DNA from: a virus
Taxonomy: Duplodnaviria > Caudoviricetes
IMG/VR virus record: IMGVR_UViG_3300038393_001732
Coordinates: 1-30,912 of that record
DNA length: 30,912 nucleotides
Direction: 5' to 3' (one strand)
Shown: piece after piece, positions 15,118 through 24,657 of the stretch
Position numbering within the stretch: the first letter of the stretch is position 1
Layout of the letters: every line of letters begins with the position of its first letter
The notes under the pieces: generated by a model
Told to the model about the DNA's origin: nothing
Databases searched by the model: none
What the model saw: the letters and a program-made list of their open reading frames with translations, nothing else
Program-made: the position numbers and the translations under genes

Positions 15118-16570
15118 GTTTGCGCGCCGGGTTGAAATTCCCGCGGTGCCGACCGCCGCCGACGGCGAGGACGGTGAGCTGGAAGCCGAGCGCGTCATCC
15201 TCGCCAAGCATCATCTGGTGCTGCTGGCAGCGCTACAGGACGTAGCCGACGGGACGGCGCCGAACCTGATGGTGTTCATGCCGCCGGGCTCGGCGAAATC
15301 GACCTATGTCGATGTCGTGTTCGTCCCCTGGTTCATGGCCCGGAAGGAAAAGCAGAGCGTGATCCTCGCCTGCTACGGGTCCGATCTGGCGAGGAAGCAG
15401 GGCCGCCGCGCCCGCGCTCTTGTCAAGTCCCAGAGCTTTCAGGACCTCTTCGACGCCCGGCTTTCCGCGGAAAGCAGCGCAATGGATGAGTGGGGCCTGA
15501 GCAACGGCTCGGAATATATGTCGGGCGGCATCCTCTCGGGAATGACCGGCAATCGAGCCGATCTCCTGGTTGTTGACGATCCGGTCAAGGGTCGCGCCGA
15601 TGCCGATAGCGAGGCGATTCGCAAGACCACGCGGAGCGAATATGACGAATCCCTTTGCACTCGCCTGAAACCTGGCGGGCGGCAAATCATCATTCAGACG
15701 CGCTGGCACGGCGACGACCTTTCGGGCTCGATCCTGCCGGAAAACTGGGACGGCGAGAGCGGGATGATCCTGGGCCGCGATGGACGCATGTGGCGCGTGC
15801 TGTGCATCCCAGCCGAAGCGGCCAGCGCCGATGATCCCCTGGGGCGCAAACCCGGCGAGATGCTTTGGCCCGAGTGGTTTACGCCAGAGTACTGGACGCC
15901 GCTCCGCAAAAACCGGCGCGCATGGTCGGCGCTCTATCAACAGAAGCCGTCCCCGGAAGAGGGCACCTATTTCCAGCGGGCAAATTTTCGGGAATGGAAA
16001 GCCCCGCTTCCGACGCTGCGCTTCTACGGGACCAGCGACTATGCCGTGACGGAGGGCGGGGGAGACTTCACCGTCCATCGCGTTTGGGGTGTGTCGGCGA
16101 ACGGCGACATCTATCGGGTCGATGGCTGGTCCGGACAAACCGCTTCCGACGTGTGGATCGAGCGCAAGATCGACCTCATAGCGAAATGGAAGCCGCTCGC
16201 CTGGTTCGGCGAAAGCGGTGTCATCAAGAAGGCGATCGAGCCCGCGCTGCTGCGCCGGATGCGCGAGCGCAAGACCTATTGCCGGCTCGAATGGCTGCCG
16301 AGCATCAGCGACAAGCCCAGTCGGGCTCGGGGGTTTCAGTCGCGGGCGAGCATGGGCGCTGTCTATTTCGAGCCAAATGCCGATCTGCGAGAATTTCTCA
16401 TGTTCCCTGCGGGAAAGCATGACGACGAAGTCGATGCCGCGAGCCTGATCGGTCGCGCCCTGGAGCAAGCCCATCCGGCGATTTCCAAGGCGCCGCCGGC
16501 GAACAGCAACAACCCGACCGACAGTTACTTTGGACGAAGGGAGGGGACCGACACATGGCAGACACTGTGA
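14978..16570 (+). CDS. terL: Terminase large subunit
   Basis: Walker A PPGSAKST, Walker B LVVDDP, QTRWHGDD, YQQKP, nuclease SDYA...GDFT and FPAGKHDDEVDA; true start may be slightly downstream. Confidence 0.95.
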   Translation: MTTSPTKKSMPASLPTSPPISREEALALIAEKERRASRAASQSSVIEFARRVEIPAVPTAADGEDGELEAERVILAKHHLVLLAALQDVADGTAPNLMVFMPPGSAKSTYVDVVFVPWFMARKEKQSVILACYGSDLARKQGRRARALVKSQSFQDLFDARLSAESSAMDEWGLSNGSEYMSGGILSGMTGNRADLLVVDDPVKGRADADSEAIRKTTRSEYDESLCTRLKPGGRQIIIQTRWHGDDLSGSILPENWDGESGMILGRDGRMWRVLCIPAEAASADDPLGRKPGEMLWPEWFTPEYWTPLRKNRRAWSALYQQKPSPEEGTYFQRANFREWKAPLPTLRFYGTSDYAVTEGGGDFTVHRVWGVSANGDIYRVDGWSGQTASDVWIERKIDLIAKWKPLAWFGESGVIKKAIEPALLRRMRERKTYCRLEWLPSISDKPSRARGFQSRASMGAVYFEPNADLREFLMFPAGKHDDEVDAASLIGRALEQAHPAISKAPPANSNNPTDSYFGRREGTDTWQTL

Positions 16571-18345
16571 CGGGAACCCCGGTCGATTATTACCGCAGGC
16601 TGTTCATTGAATCGCGGGACCTCTGCAAGGAGGCTCGCGACGAGTCCAAGATCGACGAGCAATTCTATCACGGCGAGCAGCTCACGCCCGCGCAGCGCCG
16701 CGCGCTTCAACGCCGTGGGCAGCCCGACACGACGTTCAACCGGGTGAGGCGCGGGGTCAATGGGACGCTCGGCGTGCTGTTGCAGGGAGCGACGATGCCG
16801 CGGGCCTTTGCGCGCAACCCGAGCGACGAGGATGCGGCGGACGTGGCTTCGAAGACGCTTCGCTTCATCTGCGACCGGCTGTCCTTCAAGCGTCTCCGCA
16901 TCCTCGCGGCGCGCCAGTACCTTGTCGCCGGAACCATGTCGGTCCTGATCGGATCGGATGACGATGGCCAGGTGACCGCCGAGCACATCCGCTGGGACGA
17001 ATTTTTCTACGACCCGCGCTCGCGCCGTGAGGACTTTCTGGATGCTCGATACATGGGCATCGCGAAATGGGTCTATGCCGACACGGTCAAGCGGGTGTTC
17101 CCGGAACAAGTTGCTGACGTGGATTCGCTGCTCGCGGGAAACTTCGGCCTGGACAGCACTTTCGAGGACAAGCCCCGCGACGCGGCGATGAACTGGGTGG
17201 ACAAGAAGAACGCCCGCGTCCTGCTCGTCGAGATATACCATAATGACGGCACCGGCTGGCAGCGGTGCGTCTTTACCGGCGCAGGGATCCTTGAAAGCGG
17301 CGCGAGCCCCTATCTCGACGCCAAGGGGCGGCCGTCCTGCGCGATCATTGCACAGGCGTGCTATATCGACGGCGATAATGACCGCTACGGCATCGTACGC
17401 GACATGCGCGCGCCTCAGCAGGAAATAAACCGCCGTCGCCAGAAGCTACTTCACCACGCGAGCAGCCGCCAAGTGCAGGCGATCCCAGGGCAAGATACCG
17501 CAGCGCTGATGAACTACGATGCCGATCTGGTTCGCTCGGAGGCTGCGCGTCCGGACGGCGTGCTTCCTCCTGGCTGGCAGCCGGTCGCGCTCAACGATAT
17601 CGCATCCGGGCAAGCCGCGCTGCTCGCGCACGCCGAAAGCGAGATTGAGCTACAGGCGCCGAACCCGGCGCTGCTTGGCCGCCAGGGCGAGGGCAGCTCG
17701 GGCCGCGCGCTCATTACGCGCCAACAGGCTGGACTGACCGAACAGGCTCTCACTTTCGACGGCGTCGAGGATTGGGAGCTTCGGGTCTATCACGCCATGT
17801 GGGACCGCGCTCGGCAGTTCTGGAAGGCGGCAGCCTTTATCCGCGTCACCGACGATGAGAAGGCGCCCGAATACATCGGCATCAATCAGCCGATCCAAGG
17901 CCCGCCTGCTATGGGTATCGATCCAAGAACCGGGCTCGCCGCGATCGTGCCGACCGTCCTGGGCTATCGCAACGCGCTCGCCGAAATGGACGTGGATATC
18001 CAGCTCGAAACGACCGACGATTCACCGACCTTCTCGCACGAACAATTCCTCGGGCTGCTGGAACTGGCAAAGTCGGGCGTGCCGATTTCGCCGATGATCC
18101 TGCTTGAGGCATCCTCGCTGCCGAACAAGCGGAAAATCATAGAGCAGATGCAGGCCGAACAGTCGCAGCCCAACCCTGCGGCTGAATCCGCTGCCGAAGC
18201 GGCTGCCGCGAAGACCGACGAGACAAAGGCTCGAACCGCGCTGTTCGCAGCGAAGGCTCAGACCGAAGCAATGCAACCCGAAATTGAGGCCTTCAAATTG
18301 GGGGTCCATCCGGGTCAGCAGCAGCCCGCCGCCGGGGCTTACTAA
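16555..18345 (+). CDS. Portal protein (P22-like)
   Basis: 596 aa after terL; FYHGEQ, RGQP, DP.SRREDFLDARY, YGIVRDM..PQ.EIN, SGRAL..RQQAG. Confidence 0.9.
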   Translation: MADTVTGTPVDYYRRLFIESRDLCKEARDESKIDEQFYHGEQLTPAQRRALQRRGQPDTTFNRVRRGVNGTLGVLLQGATMPRAFARNPSDEDAADVASKTLRFICDRLSFKRLRILAARQYLVAGTMSVLIGSDDDGQVTAEHIRWDEFFYDPRSRREDFLDARYMGIAKWVYADTVKRVFPEQVADVDSLLAGNFGLDSTFEDKPRDAAMNWVDKKNARVLLVEIYHNDGTGWQRCVFTGAGILESGASPYLDAKGRPSCAIIAQACYIDGDNDRYGIVRDMRAPQQEINRRRQKLLHHASSRQVQAIPGQDTAALMNYDADLVRSEAARPDGVLPPGWQPVALNDIASGQAALLAHAESEIELQAPNPALLGRQGEGSSGRALITRQQAGLTEQALTFDGVEDWELRVYHAMWDRARQFWKAAAFIRVTDDEKAPEYIGINQPIQGPPAMGIDPRTGLAAIVPTVLGYRNALAEMDVDIQLETTDDSPTFSHEQFLGLLELAKSGVPISPMILLEASSLPNKRKIIEQMQAEQSQPNPAAESAAEAAAAKTDETKARTALFAAKAQTEAMQPEIEAFKLGVHPGQQQPAAGAY

Positions 18346-18434
18346 ACGGGCGCATCGCTGCGCTGGCGTACAGCGCGACCGTCGCCGGGGATCGGGCGCT
18401 TTCGTAGGGTCCACGTAACGGGCCGGAGAGCATC

Positions 18435-19181
18435 ATGGACAAGCTGAGTTTTCTCGACGGCGTGCAAGCGCCGGATCAAGTTGCGGCCTCTGCGGACGCG
18501 CCGGTAAACGAAACCCAAGTCTCGAGCCCGCCCGATGCGGAGGTTGCAGAGGCGGCGGTGGAGTCGCCGGTGGCCGATGTCGGGGCGCAGGCGGATCAGC
18601 CCGGCGCTCAGGCGCATGTGCCGATTATCGCCCTGCTCGACGAACGCGAGAGGCGGCAAGCCGCCGAACGCGAGCTTGAGGCGCTACGGGCGCAAGCCGC
18701 CCCGCCGCCTCAGCCTGAAATCCCGGACCCATATTCGGAGCCGGAGGCATTCGCCGCGTTTCAGGCAGAGCGTACGCAATACCTCGTTCTGAATGCCAAG
18801 CTGGACGTTCAGGAAGAGGCGCAGCGAGAGCGGCACGGCGATGAAGTGGTGGACGCCGCGAAAAAGTGGGTCGAAGCCCGCACCGCGGCCAACCCGTCGT
18901 TCTTCCCCGAACTGATGAGCCAGCGAAACCCATGGGCCTACGCCGTGGAGCAGTACAAGCGCGACAGTGCCGTATCGTCGATCGACACCAGCGAGCTTGA
19001 AGCGTTCCGCGCCTGGAAGCAGGCGCAAACGGACATCGCGCAACCGCAGGCAACTACGCCTGCACCCTCCCCGACGCTCGCCAAGCCGCCCAAGTCCATC
19101 GCAAGCCTGCCCGCCGCTGGCGGGGTGGCTCATGTCGCGACGGGGCCTGGGGTCGCGTTTGACAGCTTCTTTTCAGGATAA
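18435..19181 (+). CDS. Capsid scaffolding protein
   Basis: Acidic, Pro/Ala-rich N-terminus, VP..AL..ER.RRQ coiled coil; lies between portal and capsid. Confidence 0.8.
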   Translation: MDKLSFLDGVQAPDQVAASADAPVNETQVSSPPDAEVAEAAVESPVADVGAQADQPGAQAHVPIIALLDERERRQAAERELEALRAQAAPPPQPEIPDPYSEPEAFAAFQAERTQYLVLNAKLDVQEEAQRERHGDEVVDAAKKWVEARTAANPSFFPELMSQRNPWAYAVEQYKRDSAVSSIDTSELEAFRAWKQAQTDIAQPQATTPAPSPTLAKPPKSIASLPAAGGVAHVATGPGVAFDSFFSG

Positions 19182-19186
19182 ACGTC

Positions 19187-20299
19187 ATGACCGAGACTGT
19201 TCTCGCCACCGCTTCGGAGAAGCAGGTGTGGATCGCCCAATATTTCGCCGAATATGTCCGCGAATCCGGCTTTGCCGGCTTCATGGGCACCAAGCCCACC
19301 TCCATCATCGTCGCCAAGCACGAGCTTCAGGAAGAGGCCGGCAAGACGATCAACATTCCGCTCATCACCCGCCTGACCGGCGACGGGGTGACGGGTTCGA
19401 CTATTCTCGACGGCAACGAGGAAGACCTTGGCAACTTCAACTGCGGCATCTCGGTCGACTGGCGCCGCCACGGCGTTCGCGTGCCGAAGTCGGCGCAGTA
19501 CAAGACCGAGATCAAGCTGCTCGACGCCGCGAAGGACATGCTTCGCAACTGGGAATCCGAGAAGTTCCGCGACGACATCATCAAGGCGATGCTGTCGCTG
19601 ACTGGTGCGGCCGACGCGGCGAACGTGCTGCTCTCGGCCTCGGACGCCACGGCTCGCAACCTGTTCAACGCGAACAACTCGGACCGCCAGCTCTGGGGCA
19701 AGCTCAAGTCGAACTATTCGGCGACTTGGGCGACGGCGATCGGCAACATTGACACTACCGACGACCGCTGCACTGCGGCCTCGATGTCGCTCGCCAAGCG
19801 CATCGCGAAGAATTCCGACCCGCGGATTCGGCCTTACAAGTCGAGCATCGGCAAGGAGTTCTACGTCGCCTTCCACGGGGGGCGGACATTCCGCGACCTC
19901 AAGGCGGATTCGACGATCGTCGCGGCGAACAAGGACGCCCGCGCCCGCGAGGGTGACGGCATGGACAAGAACCCGCTCTTCCAGGACGGGGACATCCTCT
20001 ATGACGGCATCCTGCACCGCGAGGTGCCGGAAATCGACAACATCGCTTCGACCGGCACCTACAACCTCGATGGCAAGGGCAGCGGCTCCTGCGACGTGCG
20101 CCCGGTGTTCCTCTGCGGACAGCAGGCGGTCGGCGTCGCGTGGGGCCAGGAGCCGACTCCGCAGACCGACATGGACAAGGACTACAAGTTCCGGCCCGGC
20201 GTCGCGATCGAGGAACTGCTCGGCGTCAAGAAGCTGGCGTTCAACGCCAAGCAGCACGGCATGGTTTCGTGCTTCTTCGCCGCGGCGGCCGACTCCTGA
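19187..20299 (+). CDS. Major capsid protein (DUF4043/N4-gp56-like)
   Basis: L...AGKTINIPL..RL.G.GV.G...L.GNEE.L, NPLF.G, FLCGQQA...AWG, YKF..GVA....GVKK..FN. Confidence 0.9.
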   Translation: MTETVLATASEKQVWIAQYFAEYVRESGFAGFMGTKPTSIIVAKHELQEEAGKTINIPLITRLTGDGVTGSTILDGNEEDLGNFNCGISVDWRRHGVRVPKSAQYKTEIKLLDAAKDMLRNWESEKFRDDIIKAMLSLTGAADAANVLLSASDATARNLFNANNSDRQLWGKLKSNYSATWATAIGNIDTTDDRCTAASMSLAKRIAKNSDPRIRPYKSSIGKEFYVAFHGGRTFRDLKADSTIVAANKDARAREGDGMDKNPLFQDGDILYDGILHREVPEIDNIASTGTYNLDGKGSGSCDVRPVFLCGQQAVGVAWGQEPTPQTDMDKDYKFRPGVAIEELLGVKKLAFNAKQHGMVSCFFAAAADS

Positions 20300-20307
20300 T
20301 CAACCTG

Positions 20308-20340
20308 ACGGGGCGGGCTCCGGCTCGCCCCGTTCCATTT
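20308..20340 (+). terminator. Hairpin after the capsid gene (partial terminator or stabiliser)
   Basis: ACGGGGCGGGC-TCCG-GCTCGCCCCGT followed by TCCATTT. Confidence 0.6.
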
Positions 20341-20353
20341 CCGGAGAATTGCC

Positions 20354-20725
20354 ATGAAGGCAACATTCATCGGCGACCCCGGCGAGGGGCCGTCCTGCAC
20401 CGTGTTCGGCATGACGTTCGAGCGGAGCGTCGAAGTTCCGGTTCCGCCCGATGTCGTGGCGTTGTTCGGGGCGAAGATCGCTGCCAATCCCGCGTTCAAG
20501 GTCGTGCTCGCGTCGGCTGAAAAACCCGCGCCGGCAGCCCCGGATGCCGAGCTCGTGCTGCTGGCGGTGCGTTCGCTCGATCCGGAGGACGACAAGCAGT
20601 GGACCGGGACCGGGTTGCCTGCCGTCGAAGCGGTCAAGGCTGTCCTCGGCAGCGAAGTCACTCGAAAGCAAATTGAGGACGCTGCGCCCGACTTCACGCG
20701 CGAGACTGCCCGCCAGCCCGTCTGA
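20354..20725 (+). CDS. Hypothetical head-region protein
   Basis: GGAGA RBS; C-terminal WT.TGLP.VEAV...LG..VTR..I motif. Confidence 0.75.
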   Translation: MKATFIGDPGEGPSCTVFGMTFERSVEVPVPPDVVALFGAKIAANPAFKVVLASAEKPAPAAPDAELVLLAVRSLDPEDDKQWTGTGLPAVEAVKAVLGSEVTRKQIEDAAPDFTRETARQPV

Positions 20726-20777
20726 ACCATCCCCTCAACGATAGCGCGGCAATGCCGCGCCCTGCGGAGTAACCATC

Positions 20778-21263
20778 ATGACTGCATCCACCACCACCGA
20801 GGATCGCGCCTCGCTCACTCGCCCCATGCCCGGTCCCGCCGGATTCTCCGGCGTCGTCCGCGCCGCCTGGGGCACTCACACGTTCGTCGCCTCGGATGAC
20901 GAGGTCGGCGACAAGTTCAAGCTCTGCGTCGTCCCTGCCGGCGCGACCGTCATCGGCGGCTATGTCCAGGGCAAGGACCTCGACACCGGCACCGAAACGC
21001 TGGACATCGATGTCGGCTGGGCCGCGAACGGCGTCGATGTCGAGGACACCGACGGGTTCGGCAATCTCGGCCTCTGGTCGGGCGACGCCGCTACCGATGT
21101 GCGGCCGGAAGTCGGCATTTTCTACAACTTCGGCAACGTGCTGTTCGCCACCGGTCCGAAGACCTTCACGGTGGACACGCAAATTCAGCTCACCGTCAAT
21201 GCCGCGGCGAACACGCTGACATCGGGCCAGGTCACCGTCGTGGTCTGGTACGTCTTCGACTGA
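20778..21263 (+). CDS. Probable capsid decoration/cement protein
   Basis: beta-rich, VPAGATVIGG...DLD...LDIDVG; GGAG RBS; followed by a hairpin at 21270-21297. Confidence 0.65.
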   Translation: MTASTTTEDRASLTRPMPGPAGFSGVVRAAWGTHTFVASDDEVGDKFKLCVVPAGATVIGGYVQGKDLDTGTETLDIDVGWAANGVDVEDTDGFGNLGLWSGDAATDVRPEVGIFYNFGNVLFATGPKTFTVDTQIQLTVNAAANTLTSGQVTVVVWYVFD

Positions 21264-21317
21264 CGAGCCTGCGGGCGGGGCGCAGGCCTCGCCCGCACCC
21301 TCTCGCGGGAGTAAGCC

Positions 21318-21887
21318 ATGACGACTTGCCGCGACGTAATTCTCTACGCGCTCAAGCAGGCGAAAATCCTCGCGCCCGGGTCAGAGCCCGAAGCGGAGGA
21401 AGTCACTGACGGCCTGGTCGCGTTTCAATCGCTGCTCGACGGATGGGTCGCGAGTGGCATGTTCGGACGCTTGAACGATCGCTACAAGTCGGCGGACTAT
21501 ACCGCGCAGCCGGGCGAGCGCGTGACCGCGCCTGCTGGCGTGACAATCACCATTCCTGATACGGTGACCGACTGCGAGGAAGGCGGGTCGCGCGCGCCTC
21601 GCGATCTTGCGCTTATCGAAACCATCGTAGACGGCACCCGTACCCTCAAGATTTGGGACCGCACCGGCTGGGTCTCGCTGCTGGGGCTGGCGACCAACGA
21701 TCTCGCGCCGCTTGCGAGCCGGGGCGCATGGGGTCTTGCCGCGGTGCTCGCCACATCGGGCGCCTTCGCGGCGATGTTCGGCGGCGAGCCAAGCGCAGAT
21801 GTCCGCCAGGCTGCTCGGGCGTTCAGTCTCGCGCTCTCCTACAAGATCGGCTCCACGCAGGACCCGACGCCGATAGAGTATTGCTGA
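21318..21887 (+). CDS. Head-tail adaptor (P22 gp4-like)
   Basis: T.RDVI..AL...I...G.EP.AEE..DGL..FQ.LL..W pattern; synteny. Confidence 0.7.
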   Translation: MTTCRDVILYALKQAKILAPGSEPEAEEVTDGLVAFQSLLDGWVASGMFGRLNDRYKSADYTAQPGERVTAPAGVTITIPDTVTDCEEGGSRAPRDLALIETIVDGTRTLKIWDRTGWVSLLGLATNDLAPLASRGAWGLAAVLATSGAFAAMFGGEPSADVRQAARAFSLALSYKIGSTQDPTPIEYC

Positions 21888-23281
21888 TGTCCGACCTGGC
21901 ATTCGGCACCTCGGCTTATTCTCGCACTCGCGGTAGCCTGCCTGAGCTGCCGCTGATCAACCTTTTCGTCGAGGCCTCGCCGGTTTCGGAAAAGGGTGTC
22001 GTGCTGCAAGGTCGACCCGGCCTGGTGGCTCATGGCGATCCCATTGGAGAGGGCCCGATCCGCGCCCTGTACCACGCGGATGGGGTCGTTGGCGGTCAAA
22101 CCGTCACGATCTCGGGCGATGAGGTGTATATTGGCGAAACCCTGCTCGACACGATCGAGGGGAGCGGGCCGGTTTCGTTTGCCGCCTCCGAGGACGAGCT
22201 GCTGATCAACGCGGGCGGCCCGATCTACCGGACCGACGGTCTGGCGCTGACTACCGTGACGTTCCCGGACGATGCGGACGTGTCGCGCCTGGTCGATCTG
22301 GCCGGGTATTTCATCGCCATCCGAAAGGACACGCAGCAGCTCTATTTCTCCGCGGTGCTCGACGGCACGTCGTGGGATGCGCTCGACTATACCAGCGCGG
22401 AAAACGAGCCGGACCCGTTGCGGGATGCGCTGGTCGCGAACGACACGTTGATCCTGTTCGGATCGCAGACCGTGGAATTTCACACGAAGACCGGCAATCC
22501 CGATGCGCCGTTCGCGCCGATCGAGGGCCGCGTATTTCCCAAGGGGGTAGTCGGCACGGGCTGCGCGGTGAAGTTCGACAACGGCGCCGCCTGGATCGGA
22601 AGCGTTGGCCCGGTGATCCCCGGCATCCCGCCAAGCCTTCGGGTCTATACGATCGGCAATATCGCGGAGGGCATATCAGAGCCGGGCATCGAGGAGCGAC
22701 TTACCGCGTCGTCGACCTGGGCGCTGTGGGCCTTCACTTTCGAAGGGCACGAATTCCTTTGTGTCAGGCTCGACAGCGGCACATGGCTCTACGACGCGCA
22801 AACCAAGCAATGGTGCGAGTTCGCCAGCTACGGTCGCGGAAACTGGCGGGTCCGCTGCGCGGTCGGTGGCCTTTTCGGCGATGACGAGACCGGGCAACTC
22901 TGGACGCTCGGGCCGGGGTATGTGGACGACGGCGGCCCCTTGGAAGCGCGCTTTCGGGCCGGGGTTCCCATGACGGGCGGCGCAGTGATCGCCGACAACA
23001 TCCGGGTATCCGCGAATGTCGGGGAGACCCCCGATCTCACGGGCTACACTGCGGAACCGACGGTCGAAATGAGAACCTCGCGCGATGCGGGGCGCACCTG
23101 GGCCGGATGGCGCAGCGTGGGGCTCGGCGCTCAGGGCAAGTACCGCACCCGCGTCGAATGGCGGCGCTGCGGAATGTTCGACGATCCGGGGTTGCTGGCA
23201 GAGTTTCGGATCACCGATCCGGTTCCACGGCGCTTCTCCGCGGTGAGCGTCAACGAAAAGAGCGGCGGGAGGCCTCGGTAG
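21887..23281 (+). CDS. Tail hub / DNA stabilisation protein (P22 gp10-like)
   Basis: TGATG coupling; GPIRAL, D..SWDALDY.SAE.EPD, LFG..TVEF, TW.YD..T..W, SRD.G.TW...R...G..G.Y..RV.WRR.G. Confidence 0.85.
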   Translation: MSDLAFGTSAYSRTRGSLPELPLINLFVEASPVSEKGVVLQGRPGLVAHGDPIGEGPIRALYHADGVVGGQTVTISGDEVYIGETLLDTIEGSGPVSFAASEDELLINAGGPIYRTDGLALTTVTFPDDADVSRLVDLAGYFIAIRKDTQQLYFSAVLDGTSWDALDYTSAENEPDPLRDALVANDTLILFGSQTVEFHTKTGNPDAPFAPIEGRVFPKGVVGTGCAVKFDNGAAWIGSVGPVIPGIPPSLRVYTIGNIAEGISEPGIEERLTASSTWALWAFTFEGHEFLCVRLDSGTWLYDAQTKQWCEFASYGRGNWRVRCAVGGLFGDDETGQLWTLGPGYVDDGGPLEARFRAGVPMTGGAVIADNIRVSANVGETPDLTGYTAEPTVEMRTSRDAGRTWAGWRSVGLGAQGKYRTRVEWRRCGMFDDPGLLAEFRITDPVPRRFSAVSVNEKSGGRPR

Positions 23282-23701
23282 ATGGCGTCATTCGTGAAGT
23301 TCAACAGCTTTGTTGAGGCGCTCGCCGAGGCAAAGCACAACCTCGGGGCCGACACGCTCAAGCTGATGCTGAGCAATTCGGCGCCGAGCGCGTCGAACAC
23401 GGTCAAGAGCGACATTACCGAAATCACGCCCGGCAACGGCTATGTCGCGGGGGGCACAACCGTCACGATCACCAGCTCGGCACAGAGCGGCGGCACGTAC
23501 AAGCTGGTCGGCAACGACGTGACGATTACGGCGGCGGGCGGCTCGGTCGGACCCTTCCGCTATGCCGTCCTCTACAACGACACCGCGAGCGGCAAGGAAT
23601 TGATCGGCTACTGGGATCTCGGCTCGAGCATCACGCTCGCCGATACCGAGGCCTTCCCGGTCGATTTCAGTGCGACCAACGGCATCTTGCAGCTTGCCTA
23701 A
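23282..23701 (+). CDS. Virion structural protein (MASFVKFNSFVE...)
   Basis: EI..GNGY.AGG, GPFRYAVLYNDT, LIGYWD.GSSITL motifs common in phage tail/fibre proteins. Confidence 0.7.
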   Translation: MASFVKFNSFVEALAEAKHNLGADTLKLMLSNSAPSASNTVKSDITEITPGNGYVAGGTTVTITSSAQSGGTYKLVGNDVTITAAGGSVGPFRYAVLYNDTASGKELIGYWDLGSSITLADTEAFPVDFSATNGILQLA

Positions 23702-24193
23702 ATGCCGACGCTGACCGCCGATCCCGGCACCTTCACGCTCTCAGGTAAGCCGATCGGGCCGCGCTTGGTCGCGACTACAGGGCGCCTGGCGCTGGCTGGT
23801 CAAATCGCCAACCTCGGACGGTCGTTCGAAGTCGCGATGCCGCTGACGCTCCTGCTCACCCGGCTGCGCATCACCGATGTCATCGCTCGCCCCGACGGCA
23901 CGCCGACGCCTCAGTTTCATCTCAAGATGCAGAAGCGCGACGAAGCGATCGAGGCGGCCTTCTCCGGGCTCGCCCAGCAAGTCGCGGCAATTCAAGCAGC
24001 CTATGACGCAGCGGCGCAAGCGACCGCCGCCGCGAGCGCTGCCAACAACGCCGTCACGGCTGTCGAGGATTTGGCGACGACAGTTCAATCTACCGTCACT
24101 CAGATAGAGGACGGGACGTACAACTTCTCAAAGCTCACAGTCGGCGGACAGCAGTTCGGCAACGTCGGCGGCGAATTCGCGGCACTCGTATGA
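23702..24193 (+). CDS. Probable tail needle/plug (gp26-like coiled coil)
   Basis: DGTPTPQF followed by an Ala/Gln-rich coiled coil; located after the hub gene. Confidence 0.5.
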   Translation: MPTLTADPGTFTLSGKPIGPRLVATTGRLALAGQIANLGRSFEVAMPLTLLLTRLRITDVIARPDGTPTPQFHLKMQKRDEAIEAAFSGLAQQVAAIQAAYDAAAQATAAASAANNAVTAVEDLATTVQSTVTQIEDGTYNFSKLTVGGQQFGNVGGEFAALV

Positions 24194-24657
24194 TGATCTC
24201 CCGCACCTTCGATCTCACGCAGGTCTCGTTCTTCGCGCAGCATCCTACGGTGCTACCGGACATTCTTGATGACCTTGGCCTCCCCGCGAGCACCAGCCTC
24301 GATTTCACCGCCGCGGTCGCCAACCGCGAGAACGTCTTCCTTGTCAGCGAGCATGGCGGGTTCGGAGCGATCTGGTCCGCGCCGCGAACCTACGAGGTTC
24401 ACACCTATATCCTGCCTGATGGCCGTGGGCCGTGGGCTTTCGAGTTCGCCCGGACCGCCCGCGACTGGATGGCGGATCATTTCAACGCCCGCCTTTGGAC
24501 CTGTGTCCACCCTCGCGCGCGCCATGTGCGCCTCTTCACGCTCCGCTCCGGCTTCAAGCCAGCGGGGCAGCATTGGGTCGATCCGGGGCCGACCGGCAAG
24601 GGCCCCGTCCTCTACGACGTTTTCGATTGGAGTCCGTCATGCCCGTGCCAATCATAG
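24190..24657 (+). CDS. GNAT-like/DUF2824-like protein
   Basis: YEVHTYILPDGRG, L.SGFK..G motifs; syntenic with P22 gp14-type genes before the ejection genes. Confidence 0.7.
   Translation: MMISRTFDLTQVSFFAQHPTVLPDILDDLGLPASTSLDFTAAVANRENVFLVSEHGGFGAIWSAPRTYEVHTYILPDGRGPWAFEFARTARDWMADHFNARLWTCVHPRARHVRLFTLRSGFKPAGQHWVDPGPTGKGPVLYDVFDWSPSCPCQS

Noticed and set aside
15233-20257. Long minus-strand ORFs (e.g. 15233-16474, 19130-20257)
   Set aside because: Antisense shadows of terL and capsid genes caused by high GC3 bias; no motifs.
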